Below are positions 27,001 to 39,000 of a stretch of 64,000 bases of DNA, in pieces. This DNA comes from Mustelus asterias (taxonomy: Eukaryota): positions 1,426,001-1,490,000 of the forward strand of contig NC_135819.1 in assembly GCF_964213995.1 (NCBI RefSeq), given 5' to 3'. Below the pieces are notes generated by a model that saw only the letters and a program-made list of their open reading frames with translations, was not told the DNA's origin and ran no database searches. Position 1 is the stretch's first letter; every line of letters starts with the position of its first letter. The translations under genes and the position numbers were made by a program.

Positions 27001-30000
27001 TATCCTCTCCGTCCCCGCTCCAAGGGGAGTCAGACTGCAAACTCACCTGACAAGACTTACTTCAAGCCTTCTGAACCCTTTGGCTCTCGGTGGAGTGAGC
27101 AATGCGAACATGCTTTCCAAGGACTCAAGACCCGGCTCACCAGAGCCCCTGTATTGGCATTCGCAGATCCACAGAGGCCTTACATTCTGCACGTGGATGC
27201 TAGCCTGGACGGACTAGGTGGTGTCTTATACCAAGAGCATGATGATGGTCTACGCCCAGTTGCATTCATCAGCAGAAGTCTCTCGCCATCTGAGAAAAAC
27301 TATCCAGCACACAAACTGGAGTTTTTAGCTCTCAAGTGGGCTATTGTGGATAAGCTACATGACTATCTTTACGGAGCTACTGTACAAGTCAGAACGGACA
27401 ACAATCCCCTGACCTACGTCACAACATCAGCTAAACTGGATGCCACTGGTCATCGTTGGCTCTCAGCACTGTCCACCTACAACTTTAGCCTTAAGTATAG
27501 ACCAGGCCGGCATAACCTTGACGCAAACTCGTTGTCTCGACGTCCACATGACAGCATGACACCAGATGATGAATGGCAAGAAATCCCAGTTCCAGGAGTG
27601 CGGGCTCTCTGTCAGACTGTGTCAAGTAGCACACGAGCAGGACACTCCTATCCATGTGTGATCGAACAAATAGGGGCTCATGTGTCTGCAGTTCCCAAGG
27701 CTTTCTGTCATACCGTTGCAGTAGTAGCTGATCAGCTGCCCACTTTCAGTCCAGCAGAGCTTCAAGCCGCTCAGAAAAGCGACCCGTGTATAGGAGAAAT
27801 ATGGCTGGCTGTCAATCAGAAGGCACCAGCAAGTCAAATACAGACAAACCATCCTGATCTTACACTTCTGAAACGAGAGTGGGGAAGTAGTCAATCGAGC
27901 AGGGTCTGCTTTACAGGACAGTCAAACAGTCTGACCTACGCTACGGCGACAGCTTGTGCTCCCCAAGCAGTTCCACCGTATGATTCTGAAGTCACTGCAT
28001 GGCAACAATGGACATCTGGGATTTGACAAGACCTATGTACTCGTCTGTGACAGATTCTTCTGGCCCCGCATGAAGCTAGACGTAGAGACATACTGCAAGA
28101 CATGTGAACGCTGCATTAAGAGAAAGACTCTGCCACAGAGAGCAGCACCACTTTCCCACATCCAAAGTTCAGGCCCTATGGATCTTGTCTGCATTGACTT
28201 TCTCTCCATAGAACCTGATTCCCGCAATGTGTGCAATGTGTTGGCACAAGCATTCCCAACCAAGGATCAGAGAGCCATAACGGTTGCCAGAACTCTATGG
28301 GAGAAATACTTCATTCACTACGGCCTACCAACTCGCATACATTCAGACCAGGGTCGGGATTTTGAAAGCCAGTTGGTGACAGAGATGTTGACCATGTTGG
28401 GTGTGAGGAAATCAAGAACTTCACCATACCACCCACAAGGTGACCCTCAACCAGAGAGGTTCAATAGAACCCTGTTGAACATGCTAGGAACTCTTGAGCC
28501 CAGTCAAAAGTCCAAGTGGAGTCAGCACATTGCACATCTGGTCCACGTGTACAACTGTACCCCAAATGAAGCTACCGGGTATTCGCCCTACTTTTTAATG
28601 TTCGGGAGGGAAGCCAGACTTCCTGTGGACATCTGCTTTGGCGTATCAGCGGATGGGACCTCAACAACTTCCCACTTGCAGTATGTGTCTAAGATGAAGA
28701 AAGAGCTGCAAGCAGCCTATCAGTTGGCCCAAGCCACTTCCGCTAAAATGAACCAAAGTAACAAGGAGAGGTATGACCAGAGAGTGCGCTACCATTGCTT
28801 GAAGCCTGGGGATAGAGTCCTCATTCGAAACCTTGGCCTGAAAGGGAAACAGAAGCTTGCTGATCGGTGGAGTGCAAATCCTTATGTGGTTGAGAGTCAA
28901 ATGTCTGATCTTCCTGTTTATCGTCTAAAGCCTGCAGATGGTTCGGGACCCATTAAGGTCATGCACCGAAATCATATTTTGCCCCTGGGACAAGAGGTCC
29001 AATTGAGCAGTGAGGTTGACTCAAAGCCTACTCCCTCTCCAAGAGCCCTCAGGCACAGAAAAGCAAAAGAAAGGAATCAAACTCCTGAGGTTCACAAAGA
29101 TGACTCCGCAGCTGATGTGCCCCTGGGAGATCAAAACTCTTCAGACTCAGAGTCAGAGTATGGACATTACCCAGAGGACTTGATCATTGACAATCCTGAG
29201 GAAATCTGTGAACAACCGGAACAGGATGTCATGCCTACAGAGTCCAATCCCCCCACAAATGCTACAGAAGTGACAGAAGTCGCAGCGAGCTCAGAATCTT
29301 CAGAAGGGCTACCTGTTGTGATAGAAGAGGTAGTAACTGAGCAAAGGGAAGTAGAATCAGACAGTTCTGTTGAGGGCACTTACACTACAGACACATCTAA
29401 CATAGCCAATCCAGAACCAGAGATAAGGAGATCACAGAGAGAGAGAAAGCCAGCAGACCGTTTCCATTATACAAAGCTGGGAGAGCCGTGTGCAAAGTCT
29501 GTAGTAGTAGGACATACAAGTGTTCACTCAGCTACGCCACCCACTAGGCATTTTCCTGAACACTGCAATAGTTGTCATACATGGTGGTGTAACTCCTTTG
29601 CTCAGTGCTCGTCATGTATAAATAAGGTACCACTCTTTTCACCCACTATTATAGCAGTCATCACACGATAAGGTACATGGTGTAATTGGTTAACTGGGTC
29701 CTATGTCATGTACTTCAGCATGGGGGCATGCTGTATTTTTGGTGGGGGGAGAATGTAAGGGACTGAGGAAAATTTGTGGGGAAGACAGTTACCAGTGTTC
29801 TTTGTCCCTGGTGGGCTTCAGTGTCCTGTTTGCCGGGTGGGTGCTGTGAACAGGATGCTGTTGGTTGAGTCATGTGGGCTAGGCCAATGGGATTGCTCTG
29901 GGGGCGGGAGGAAAGAAAAAGGGCGCCAGGAAGTGAAGCAGTGCAGAGAGAGAGGCAGAGCTGGAGAGGCAGAGCTGGAGAGGCAGAGAGAGAGCTTTTT

Positions 30001-33000
30001 CCAGGCAGGGAGAATTCGGTTTGGAGTGAGAGGCAGCCAGGCGTTCCCCTGCCTGTTCTTTTCATTACTGCCAAGGAGGACAGCATTCAGCGCACTCGAC
30101 CTACGTTGCTGCAAGGATAGCTCGCAGCACCTCTGCCTCCTGCGGCATCATCTTCCACACGTGTGTCTCTCCTGGACTGTGTGTGGGTGTCGTGAGTAAC
30201 TGGTGGGGACTATACAGTCCAACTGGATCAGTATCTACGAATGTGTTACGGAGGATGAGTTTCCCCATATGTGCACCAACGGTTGAAGATCAGAGCTCAC
30301 TGTTTTATGTCTGTTAATGATATGTGTTATTAAATTTATTTTTGATATTCCGACTTACAGTACTGACATTTATGGGTAAACAGGGAATTAGCCAAATCAA
30401 CATCAACCGCTAGGAATTCGGGATCCTGTTGATTGAATATTTAAATAGTAGCCCCATATAGTGGTCAGCAGGGGGTTACATATATATTACAAATATTATA
30501 ATAGCCTAGCAGTAAGACCACTAGGCCGTCACCTCCCCAACTCAACTGGGCTGAGATGACTCACACACCAGTTAGGCTTCAAACAGAAGAATGTAACTTA
30601 CAACGTTTGCTTCTAATCAGGCTTCAGGTGATTGACAGATAACCGCCACTCAGCTATTTGGGTGGGGGTAGTTCCTTTTTACCAACTAACTAGGCCACTA
30701 AACTTATAACTGAAAAAAACCCAGGAAAATTAGATTTATCACATAGCTCTTCAAATACCATCCTGCTCCAAATTACCAAATTTCAATCCCACTCTGGCAG
30801 TCTCACGCATGTGCGCAATGCTTACCAGTGATGTGCAGGTTGGGTGGATTAGCCATGGTAAATGTATGGGGTTAGAGGGATAGGGTGGCAAGGGTGTGGG
30901 CCTGGGTAAGATGCTCTTTCGGGGAGTTGGTGCAGATTCAATGGGCTGAATGGCCTCCTTCTGCACTGTAGGAATTCTGTAAAGTTAAAGTTTATTTATT
31001 AGTCACAAGTAGGCTGACATTAACACTGCAATGAAGTTACTGTGAAAATTCCTTAGTCGCCACAGTCTGGTGCCTGTTTGGGTCAATGCACCTAACCAGC
31101 ACGTCTTTCAGACTGTGAGAGGAAACCGGAGCACCCGGAGGAAACCCACGCAGACACTGGGAAAACGTGCAAACTCCGCACAGACAGTGATCCAAGCCAA
31201 GAATCGAGCCCAGGTCCCTGGCGCTGTGAAGCAACAGTGCTAACCATTGTTCTATCATGCCACCTCCTTGGTTTACCAGTGATGTGCAGGTTAGGTGGAT
31301 TAGCCATGGTAAATGCATGGGGTTAGAGGGATAGGGTGGCAAGGGGGTGGGTGTGGGTAAGATGCCTTTTCGGGGAGTTGGTGCTGACTCAATGGGCCGA
31401 ATGGCACTATCGGGATTCCATGTATTCAGCAGTGAATTGTGAAATATAGGAAGACAAATTCAGTCATAGGTCATCAGATCACTGCGTGAACTCACCCGGC
31501 TTAACGCTGAGGATTACATCTTCTTTCTTGTCATTGAACGGTCCGCTATATTCTACCCGGCAGCAGTACGGACCCTCATCTCCCATGGTCAAATTGTGTA
31601 TCGTGAGAGAGACGTCACCTCGCTCAATGTCCCCAGCCAAGTTGTATTTTGTGTTAACACGCGAGATGATACTTTTCCCATCAGTTTTAAGCAACTCGTT
31701 GCTACAGGAATATGCAGACATTTGAGAGCACCGGTCTCGAACCCAACACATTTCAGTTAAACCATAATAGGCAACGTTGTAGGTGCAAGGCAGGGTGACC
31801 AAGGATCTTAACTTCCCACTGATCCGCAATGCCTCTGCAAAAAGGAATGGAAATTACATTCAGAGTCTGTCATATGGAGGAGGACGTGTTTCCAAAGCAG
31901 CTGAATCACAACTGAATCAGAACACTTTTAAGATTAGTGTCTGCAGATTCAACCCAAAGAATGTGGAGGTGCAAAATTAAGCGGCCTCTGCTGTTGTGGA
32001 ACAGCGGGGACAGGAGAAACCCAGTTACCCCCCCTCAAGCCAATTCCACCAGTCCATGAAATCTTGGCTGAGCTTCAACCTAATTGCAAGGCCTCACCTT
32101 AACCTCATATCCCTTTGGTTAACGAAAAGCTATCAATCAATCCCCTAGTTAGAGGGGAGTTTTCCCCTCCCGCCCGCCACGGGAATCGTATCAGGTGGGA
32201 CAAAATCCCGCCCTTGCACCAATTGCCATTTGCATTCAAGAGTTCCAAACCTCGACATAGAAACATAGAAACTAGAAGCAGGCCCTTCGCGCCTGCTATG
32301 TCATTCATTTTGATCATGACTAATCATCCAATTCAATATCCTGATCCCGCCTTCTCCACATATCCCTTGATCCCTTCAGCCACAAGAGCTGTGGCCGGGA
32401 TTCTCCCAAAATAATTCTAAGTCCCCAGTGTGCAGAAAAAAGGGAGTAAACCCTGATTTTTTTTAGCATGATTTCCAAAAAGAATCTTCGCCACTCTGTG
32501 CATCACAGAATGCCTCAGCGGGATTCCCTCTGGAAATTTGTGGGCAATGCCTATTCCCACCCGGGAGGCTGGCACCATAGGGCTGAATGGAATATTGCGC
32601 ATGCGCCGATCTGTCAGTGCGAAGATTGACTCATGCACGGTGACCCTACATTGCCGGCCTCCCAATCACTGGCCAACCCTGCAACCGTCCCATCGCTGGC
32701 CTCCCCGACCTCCACCAGGCAGCCGCGATCTCCCCACCCCCTCGGGCAGACCCGATCTCCCGATCCCACCACCCCCCCGACAGTCCCGACCCTCCAGCAG
32801 CCCTGACCCACTCTCCATACCCGATCACCTCTTTCCACGCTCTCCCAGTCATCCCAATGCAGAAAGGCAATGGATCCCCCCATCCCCACCAATTGCCCCC
32901 CCCCATTAGGCCCTGCCCCCCAATAGGCCCTGCGCCCTCTGGCCCCACCCCCTTTGGCACTGCCAGTTTGCCCCTTGGGCAATGCCAGGGGCCAGGCTGG

Positions 33001-36000
33001 CACTGCCCAGAGAGCACCCCCCCTAACCTTCGACCTCCTGGGGGGGCCTCAATGGCCTCTCTTCCCTCCAGCGGAATAACCCCCTACATCTAATTCCTTC
33101 TTGAAATCACGCAACGTTTTGGCCTCAACCACTTTCTGTGGGAGTGAATTCCACACATTCGCCACTCTCTGGGTGAAGAAATTTCTCCTCACTTCAGTCC
33201 CACAAGGTTCTGGACTGCCCCGCCATCGGGAACAATTTTTATGTCAGGAGTGCTTCCAAATTTCACTCCTGAAAAGTGTGCCTCTAATCTTTTGACTCTA
33301 CCTCCTGATCCTAGACTCCTCCAACCAGCAGAAATAGTTTCTCTCTTTGTACACTGTCTGTTCCTTTTAATATCTTATTTAAGACTTAGATTAAATCTTC
33401 TAAATTCTGGCAAATGCAACCCTAACCTCCCCTGGTGGTGTAACAACAGGAGTCCAGCTCTCATTCTGGTAAATCGACATTGCACTTCCCCCTGGACCAT
33501 ATCCTTCCGAAAACTGCCCTCACTACTCTAGGTGTGGTCTATACTGTCACCACAGGCCCAGAGGCCCATGGGCTGCTCTCCCCTTTGAGGTGGTGAGAGC
33601 TGACTGGTGGTGATTTAACCTGAGGGTCACCACACCTCAGGCAGGGGGGGGGGGGGGGGGGGCAAGGTTGAGAAGGCCTTTATGGATAATCTCAGCCGGT
33701 ATGGGAATTGAACCCACGCTGTTGGTGTCATACTGCATCACTAACCAGCCATCCAGCCAACTGAGCTAACTGACCCCCAGGTATGGTCTAACCAGGGTTT
33801 TGTATAGTTGAAGCATGACCGCTACCTTGTATGTTTTTTTTTACTTGATTTGTAGGATGTGGGCATCACTGGATGGTTTCAAGCTTCTTGAGTGTTGTTG
33901 GAGCTTCACGTATCCAGGCATGTGGCGAGCATTCCATCACACTCCTGCCTTGTGGGCAGCACGGTGGCACAGTGGTCAGTGCTGTTGCCTTACAGTGCCA
34001 GAGACCTGGGTTCAATTCCCAGCCTCAGGTCACTGTCTATGCGGAGTCTGCACATTCTCCCCATGTCTGCGTGGGTTTCCTCCGGGTGCTCCAGTTTCCT
34101 CCCACAGTCCAAAGACGTGCTGGTTAGGGTGCATTGGCAATGCTAAATTCTCCCTCAGTGTACCCGAACAGGCGCCAGAGTGTGGCGACTAGGGGATTTT
34201 CACAGTAACTTCATTGCAGTGTTAATATAAGCCTACTTGTGGCACTAATAAATAAACCTAAACTTTAGATGGTGGACAGGCTTTGGGGAGTCCAGAAGTA
34301 ATTCAAAAAAGGCTTTTGCTTGCAGAGAATAGGTCCCTGTGTATGAATGTCTGTCACTCCAAGCAAATATAAACGAATCATGTTACAAGCTGGTTATTTT
34401 AAACTCAGGACTGTTCAGCAAGTGCTGCCTCATCATGAAATCATATCTAACAGTAGACCTTTTGGAGCACACCGTTGTATCCGTCCTGATTGAGTGCAGG
34501 GTGAAAAGTATCACCAACTTGTCTTTCTCTTCATCAATATGTATATGCATTTCACTGGAGGAACTACTCGGCTTTTGTGTGGAGACTTTTGCTGCAGTTC
34601 ACAGAGAATCTCTTTGAGTACACTGTTATAGTATAGTTATTTAAACAGCCTCCTGTTTGCCAAGTAAATGAACTGGTTTGCCGTAGTGCTCTGTGAGTCC
34701 CTCGGTAATCCCACCTTACCTCTGACCCACCGGCTGCCATGGTGGTGTCAATAGGCACTCTGATGAAGGCTCAGTGAGTTGTACAATGCCTGAGAATGTG
34801 GGTGAGGCCGATTCAAGTGTGGCGTTCAAATGGGAATTGGTTAAGTACTTGACATGGTAGAACAATATTGCAAGGCTGTGTGGGAGAGGGCGGGGGAATG
34901 GGGCGAGTTAAATTGTTCTTGCAGAGGGCTAGCACAGGAATAATGGCTGAATGGCCTCTTTGCTGTAACTATTCTATAAGTCTTTGAATTCTAAATGGGC
35001 ATGGAATTTTTTTTTTATTCATTCGTGAATGCTGGCCAGCATTTATTGCCCATCCCTAGTTGCCCCTTGAGAAGGTGGTGGTGAGCTGCCTTCTTGAATC
35101 GCTGCAGTCCGCGTGCTGTGGGTTGACCCACAATGCCATTAGGGAGGGAATTCCAGGATTTTGACCCAGCGACTGCAAAGGATCGGCGATATATTTCCAA
35201 GTCAGGATGGTGAGTGGCTTGGAGGGGAACTTGCAGGTGGTGGTGTCCCATGTATCTGCTGCCCTTGTCCTTCTAGATGGAAGTGATCGTGGGTTTGGTG
35301 CTGTCTAAGGATCTTTGGTGAATTGCTGCAGTGCATCTTGTAGATGGTACACACTGCTGCTACTGGGCGTCGGTGGTGGAGAGAGCAGGTGCTTGTGGAT
35401 GTGGTGCCAATCTAGCGGGGCTGCTTTGTCCTGGATGGTGTCGAGCTTCTTGAGTGTTGTTGGAGCTGCACCCATCCAGGCAAGTGGGGAGTATTCCATC
35501 ACACTCCTGACTTGTGCCTTGTCGATCTCCCTCGCTCTTTGTTAATTTAAAATACATACACAATATATCTGCCTTATTGAAAATTCTTGGTTACTAGGAA
35601 AGATTACCGGTATGAATTGGCTAATACACAGCAGATTGTGGAGTTATATTTATTGTTACAAGGTTGAGTATAATTGAGGAGTTGACTTAGGTAGATTGGC
35701 CGTGCTAAATTCTTTCTCAGTGTACCTGAACAGGCGCCGGAGTGTGGCGACTGGGGAATTTTCACAGTAACTTCATTGCAGTACTAATATAAGCCTACTT
35801 GTGACTAATAAATAATAAATAAATACAAATGCTTCATAACTTACCGGATTGGTGAATGTTTTGATTCCAAATGATCCAATGAAAAACAGCTAGGAAACAA
35901 AAAATTGTGATTCGCTTAGATTACGTGCAAACAGTTTTTTTTTGGAAATACATCAAGGCCAGGGTTTTCCCGCCCTTCACACCGGCTGGATCTTCCAGTC

Positions 36001-39000
36001 CCACTGTCGGCAACCCTCCGCCGTGGCTACCCCGGCGATGAGGGGTGCATTCAACGGGAAACTCTGTAGACAGTGGCGGGACCGGAAGATCCCGCCGCCA
36101 GCCAAAGGCGGGCCACCTCCACCGCTGTGGAACACACGATAATTTGCGTGGAAAATCCCGCCCCCAGGAGTTTTTGTTAAATTGGCAGAGATTCTCTACC
36201 TCCATTTTCAACGGACAGGAAAGCTGGCGGGGAGGACAATCCAATGGGAGTCCCCAGGAGTCTTTCACGCCAGCGGGATTTCCCATTCCGATTGTCCCAA
36301 TTACGCCAATGATGTATTAGCGTTCCCGCCATGAAAGGTCAGGAGATCATGGTGTCCATGGTAACCATACTCAGTTAAAACATGACAAAATTCCACCCAT
36401 TGAGTTTTTGGAGTTCACTGGAAAATTATCAAATAAAATTTGATACCAAGGCGCAAGATAACATAGCCATACATTAATACATCATTAGTGAGGCTTCCCA
36501 GTCTATTATCTCCCACATCACAATCAGGGTTTACAACACATCCTGATCACTGAGAACTGGCAAAGTGAATCTGTCGAGGGAGCGCAGGTAAGTACCCCTG
36601 TGGGGAGGGGGGGTTAGCAGTGAGGGTCAGACCCTTCCTCATTGCACACCCTTGTTGAACTGCATTACGGTGTGGAACGGCAGTCGCTCCATTTCTGACC
36701 GGAAAACTCTGCTGCCGGTAGTCAAAACTGCCCAATACATCACCCAGCTACCAGCCACCCAGGACATTTATCACAAACGCTGCCTGAGGAGATCTCTCAG
36801 CATTACTAGAGATTCCACCCATCCCAGCCACAGACTGTTTGCCCCCTCTGCCTTCTGGGAGGCGCTACAGATCCGTTCGAGCCCGTCAGACCAGGTTCAG
36901 GAACAGCTTCTTCCCCAGAGCTGTTACCCAGCTGCACTCTGTCCTTCAACATATTTCCAGGCGATGGGCATTGTGCAATATGCATGGACACACTTAATGA
37001 CTCGCGACACTATTTTATAATGACCACTTGCATTTGCTTTTTTTTTTGTATCTCAGGAACCTGCAAGCTCACTTTCCGTTAGATTCGTATTTGTGCACCT
37101 TACAATGACAATAAAGCTGAACTGAATTCCCCAGGCACTATTAGGGTACTGCCGGGGGTGGGTGGGAGGAGTGGCGGGGGGGGGCGGGGGGGGGGCAGTG
37201 CTGGGGTAGCCATCTTCAAGTGGGGAGGTCAATACATGGGGGAATGGTTCCCTGTGCCCATTGTGTGGGTGGTGCTTCCTGTAGGGAAGGGATGGGTAGG
37301 GATTTCCTTGAGTGTGAAGGAGGGGGTGAGGAGCCTCATGTCCATGGAGGAAGGGGGGGGAACGTGTGTGGGGGGGGACGTGCGGGGGTGGGAACGTCTG
37401 GGGGTGGGAACGTCTGGGGGTGGGAACGTGTGGGGGTGGGAATGTGTGGGGGTGGGAACGTGTGGGGGTGGGAAAGTGTGGGGGTGGGAACGTGTGTTGG
37501 GGTGGAAACGTGTGGGGGTGGGAACGTGTGGGGGTGGGAATGTGTGGGGGTGGGAACGTGTGGGGGTGGGAAAGTGTGGGGGTGGGAACATGTGGGGGTG
37601 GGAACGTGCGGGGGTGGGAACGTGTGGGGGTGGGAACGTGTGTTGGGGTGGAAACGTGTGGGGGTGGGAACGTGTGGGGGTGGGAACGTGTGGGGGTGGG
37701 AAAGTGTGGGGGTGGGAACATGTGGGGGTGGGAACGTGTGGGGGTGGGAACGTGTGGGGGTGGGAATGTGTGGGGGTGGGAACGTGTGGGGGTGGGAAAG
37801 TGTGGGGGTGGGAACATGTGGGGGTGGGAACGTGTGGGGGTGGGAAAGTGTGGGGGTGGGAACATGTGGGGGTGGGAACGTGTGGGGGTGGGAACGTGTG
37901 GGGGTGGGAACGTGTGGGGGTGGGAACGTGCGGGGTGGGGACATGCGTGGGGAGAACGTGCATGGGGGAGACGTGTGGGGGTGGGAATGTCTGGGGGTGG
38001 GAACGTCTGGGGGTGGGAACGTGTGGGGGTGGGAACGTGTGTTGGGGTGGGAACGTGTGGGGGTGGGAACGTGTGGGGGTGGGAACGTGTGGGGGTGGGA
38101 ACGTGCATGGGGGGAACTTGCGTGGGGGGAATGTGTGGGGGGGGGGAAACGTGTGGGGAGGGACGTGCGTGGGGGGGGGGGGAACATGCCGGGGGGGGGG
38201 GGGGGGGTCCTTTTGTTTCTTTTTCTTTTATTTTGATCAGGGCTCCTTTTAAAAACAACACCATGATCTCCTGAAGTCCGAGGTTGTTGCTGGGGAGGAG
38301 GCTTTTTTAGAACCCGCCCTACATCGTGCCACCCATCACCGAGAGCATTTATCTTTAACTAAGTTTAAGGAGAAATGGCGGGACAATCCAGCAGTGCAGT
38401 TGGCGGGCGACACACACCTTTTCCCCGCCCAAGTTGACAAAGTTAAAACATGACAAAATTCCACCCATTGAGTTATTGGAGTTCACTGGAGAATTACCAA
38501 ATAAAATTTGAAATCAAGACACAAAACACGACATCAGGACCGACAGGCTTTAGGAAGGGAAAGTTAGAGTGGGAATTTTCTTTTTTTCATTTATTCTTTC
38601 ACAGGTTGGCACAGTGGTGAGTACCGCTGCCTCACAGCGCCAGGGACCCAGGTTCAATTCCGGCCTTGGGTCACTGTCTGTGTGAAGTTTGCACGTTCTC
38701 CTGTGTCTGCGTGGGTTTCCTCCGGGTGCTCCGGTTTCCTCCAACACTCCAAAGATGTGTGGGTTCGGTTGATTGGTCTTGCTAAATTGACCCTTAGTGT
38801 TAGGGCAACCAGCAGGGTAAATAGGTGGGGTTGGGGGGATAGGGCCTGGGTGGGATTGTGGTCGGTGCAGACTCGATGAGCCGAATGGCCTCCTTCTGCA
38901 CTGTAGGGATTCTACGATAAGGTTGTTGGTATCACTGGCCAGGTCAGCATTTGTTGCCCATTCCTAATTGCCCCTTGGGATCAAGATGAATCTGGATAGA

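Larger units (their letters stand above)
22544..30480 (+). mobile_element. Full-length Ty3/Gypsy LTR retrotransposon with PNMA-like gag, inactivated
   Basis: 727-bp TG..CA LTRs (22544-23270 and 29754-30480; about 9 mismatches by eye). TSD TATA, primer-binding site, polypurine tract at 29741-29753. Domain order gag-PR-RT-RH-IN. Confidence 0.97.
21580..30498 (-). mobile_element. 5'-truncated CR1 (21580-22543 and 30485-30498) hosting the Gypsy provirus
   Basis: [21 protein letters not shown]. Sequence resumes after the 3' LTR as TATTACAAA. Confidence 0.88.
21275..30538 (-). mobile_element. tRNA-derived SINE split by the CR1/Gypsy insertion (parts 21275-21579 and 30499-30538)
   Basis: Same family as the intact copy at 43690-44034. 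The two halves join across TSD TAATAG. Confidence 0.7.
16204..30824 (-). mobile_element. Near full-length degenerate CR1 LINE (ORF1 SGNH esterase, ORF2 APE-RT); 5' UTR split by nested insertions
   Basis: (GAACAAA)n tail at 16204. RT and APE motifs across 16350-18950 ([22 protein letters not shown]). ORF1 [21 protein letters not shown] at 19200-20980. Probable 5' UTR continuation at 30540-30824. Confidence 0.85.
12503..32044. repeat. Tandem triplication of a Rex fragment + SINE + IgV exon unit
   Basis: Units: 12503-14162 (1660 bp); 14163-15245 (1083 bp, internally deleted); 15246-32044 (expanded by nested TEs). CAAT is present at every boundary. Confidence 0.85.

Noticed and set aside
13598-31834. 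Three separate TIM/HAVCR genes
   Set aside because: I found no individual leaders, mucin, transmembrane or cytoplasmic exons between the IgV exons, and the phases link them to the ADGRE exons.
34720-34760. Candidate 40-bp exon with a gtaagg donor
   Set aside because: It shifts the frame between phase-1 neighbours and shows no homology.
37053-38274. Long Pro/His/Thr-rich and Gly/Trp-rich ORFs, tempting as a TIM mucin stalk
   Set aside because: They are stop-free translations of a 16-bp minisatellite in all six frames, lie upstream of the IgV exons and lack supporting splice sites.
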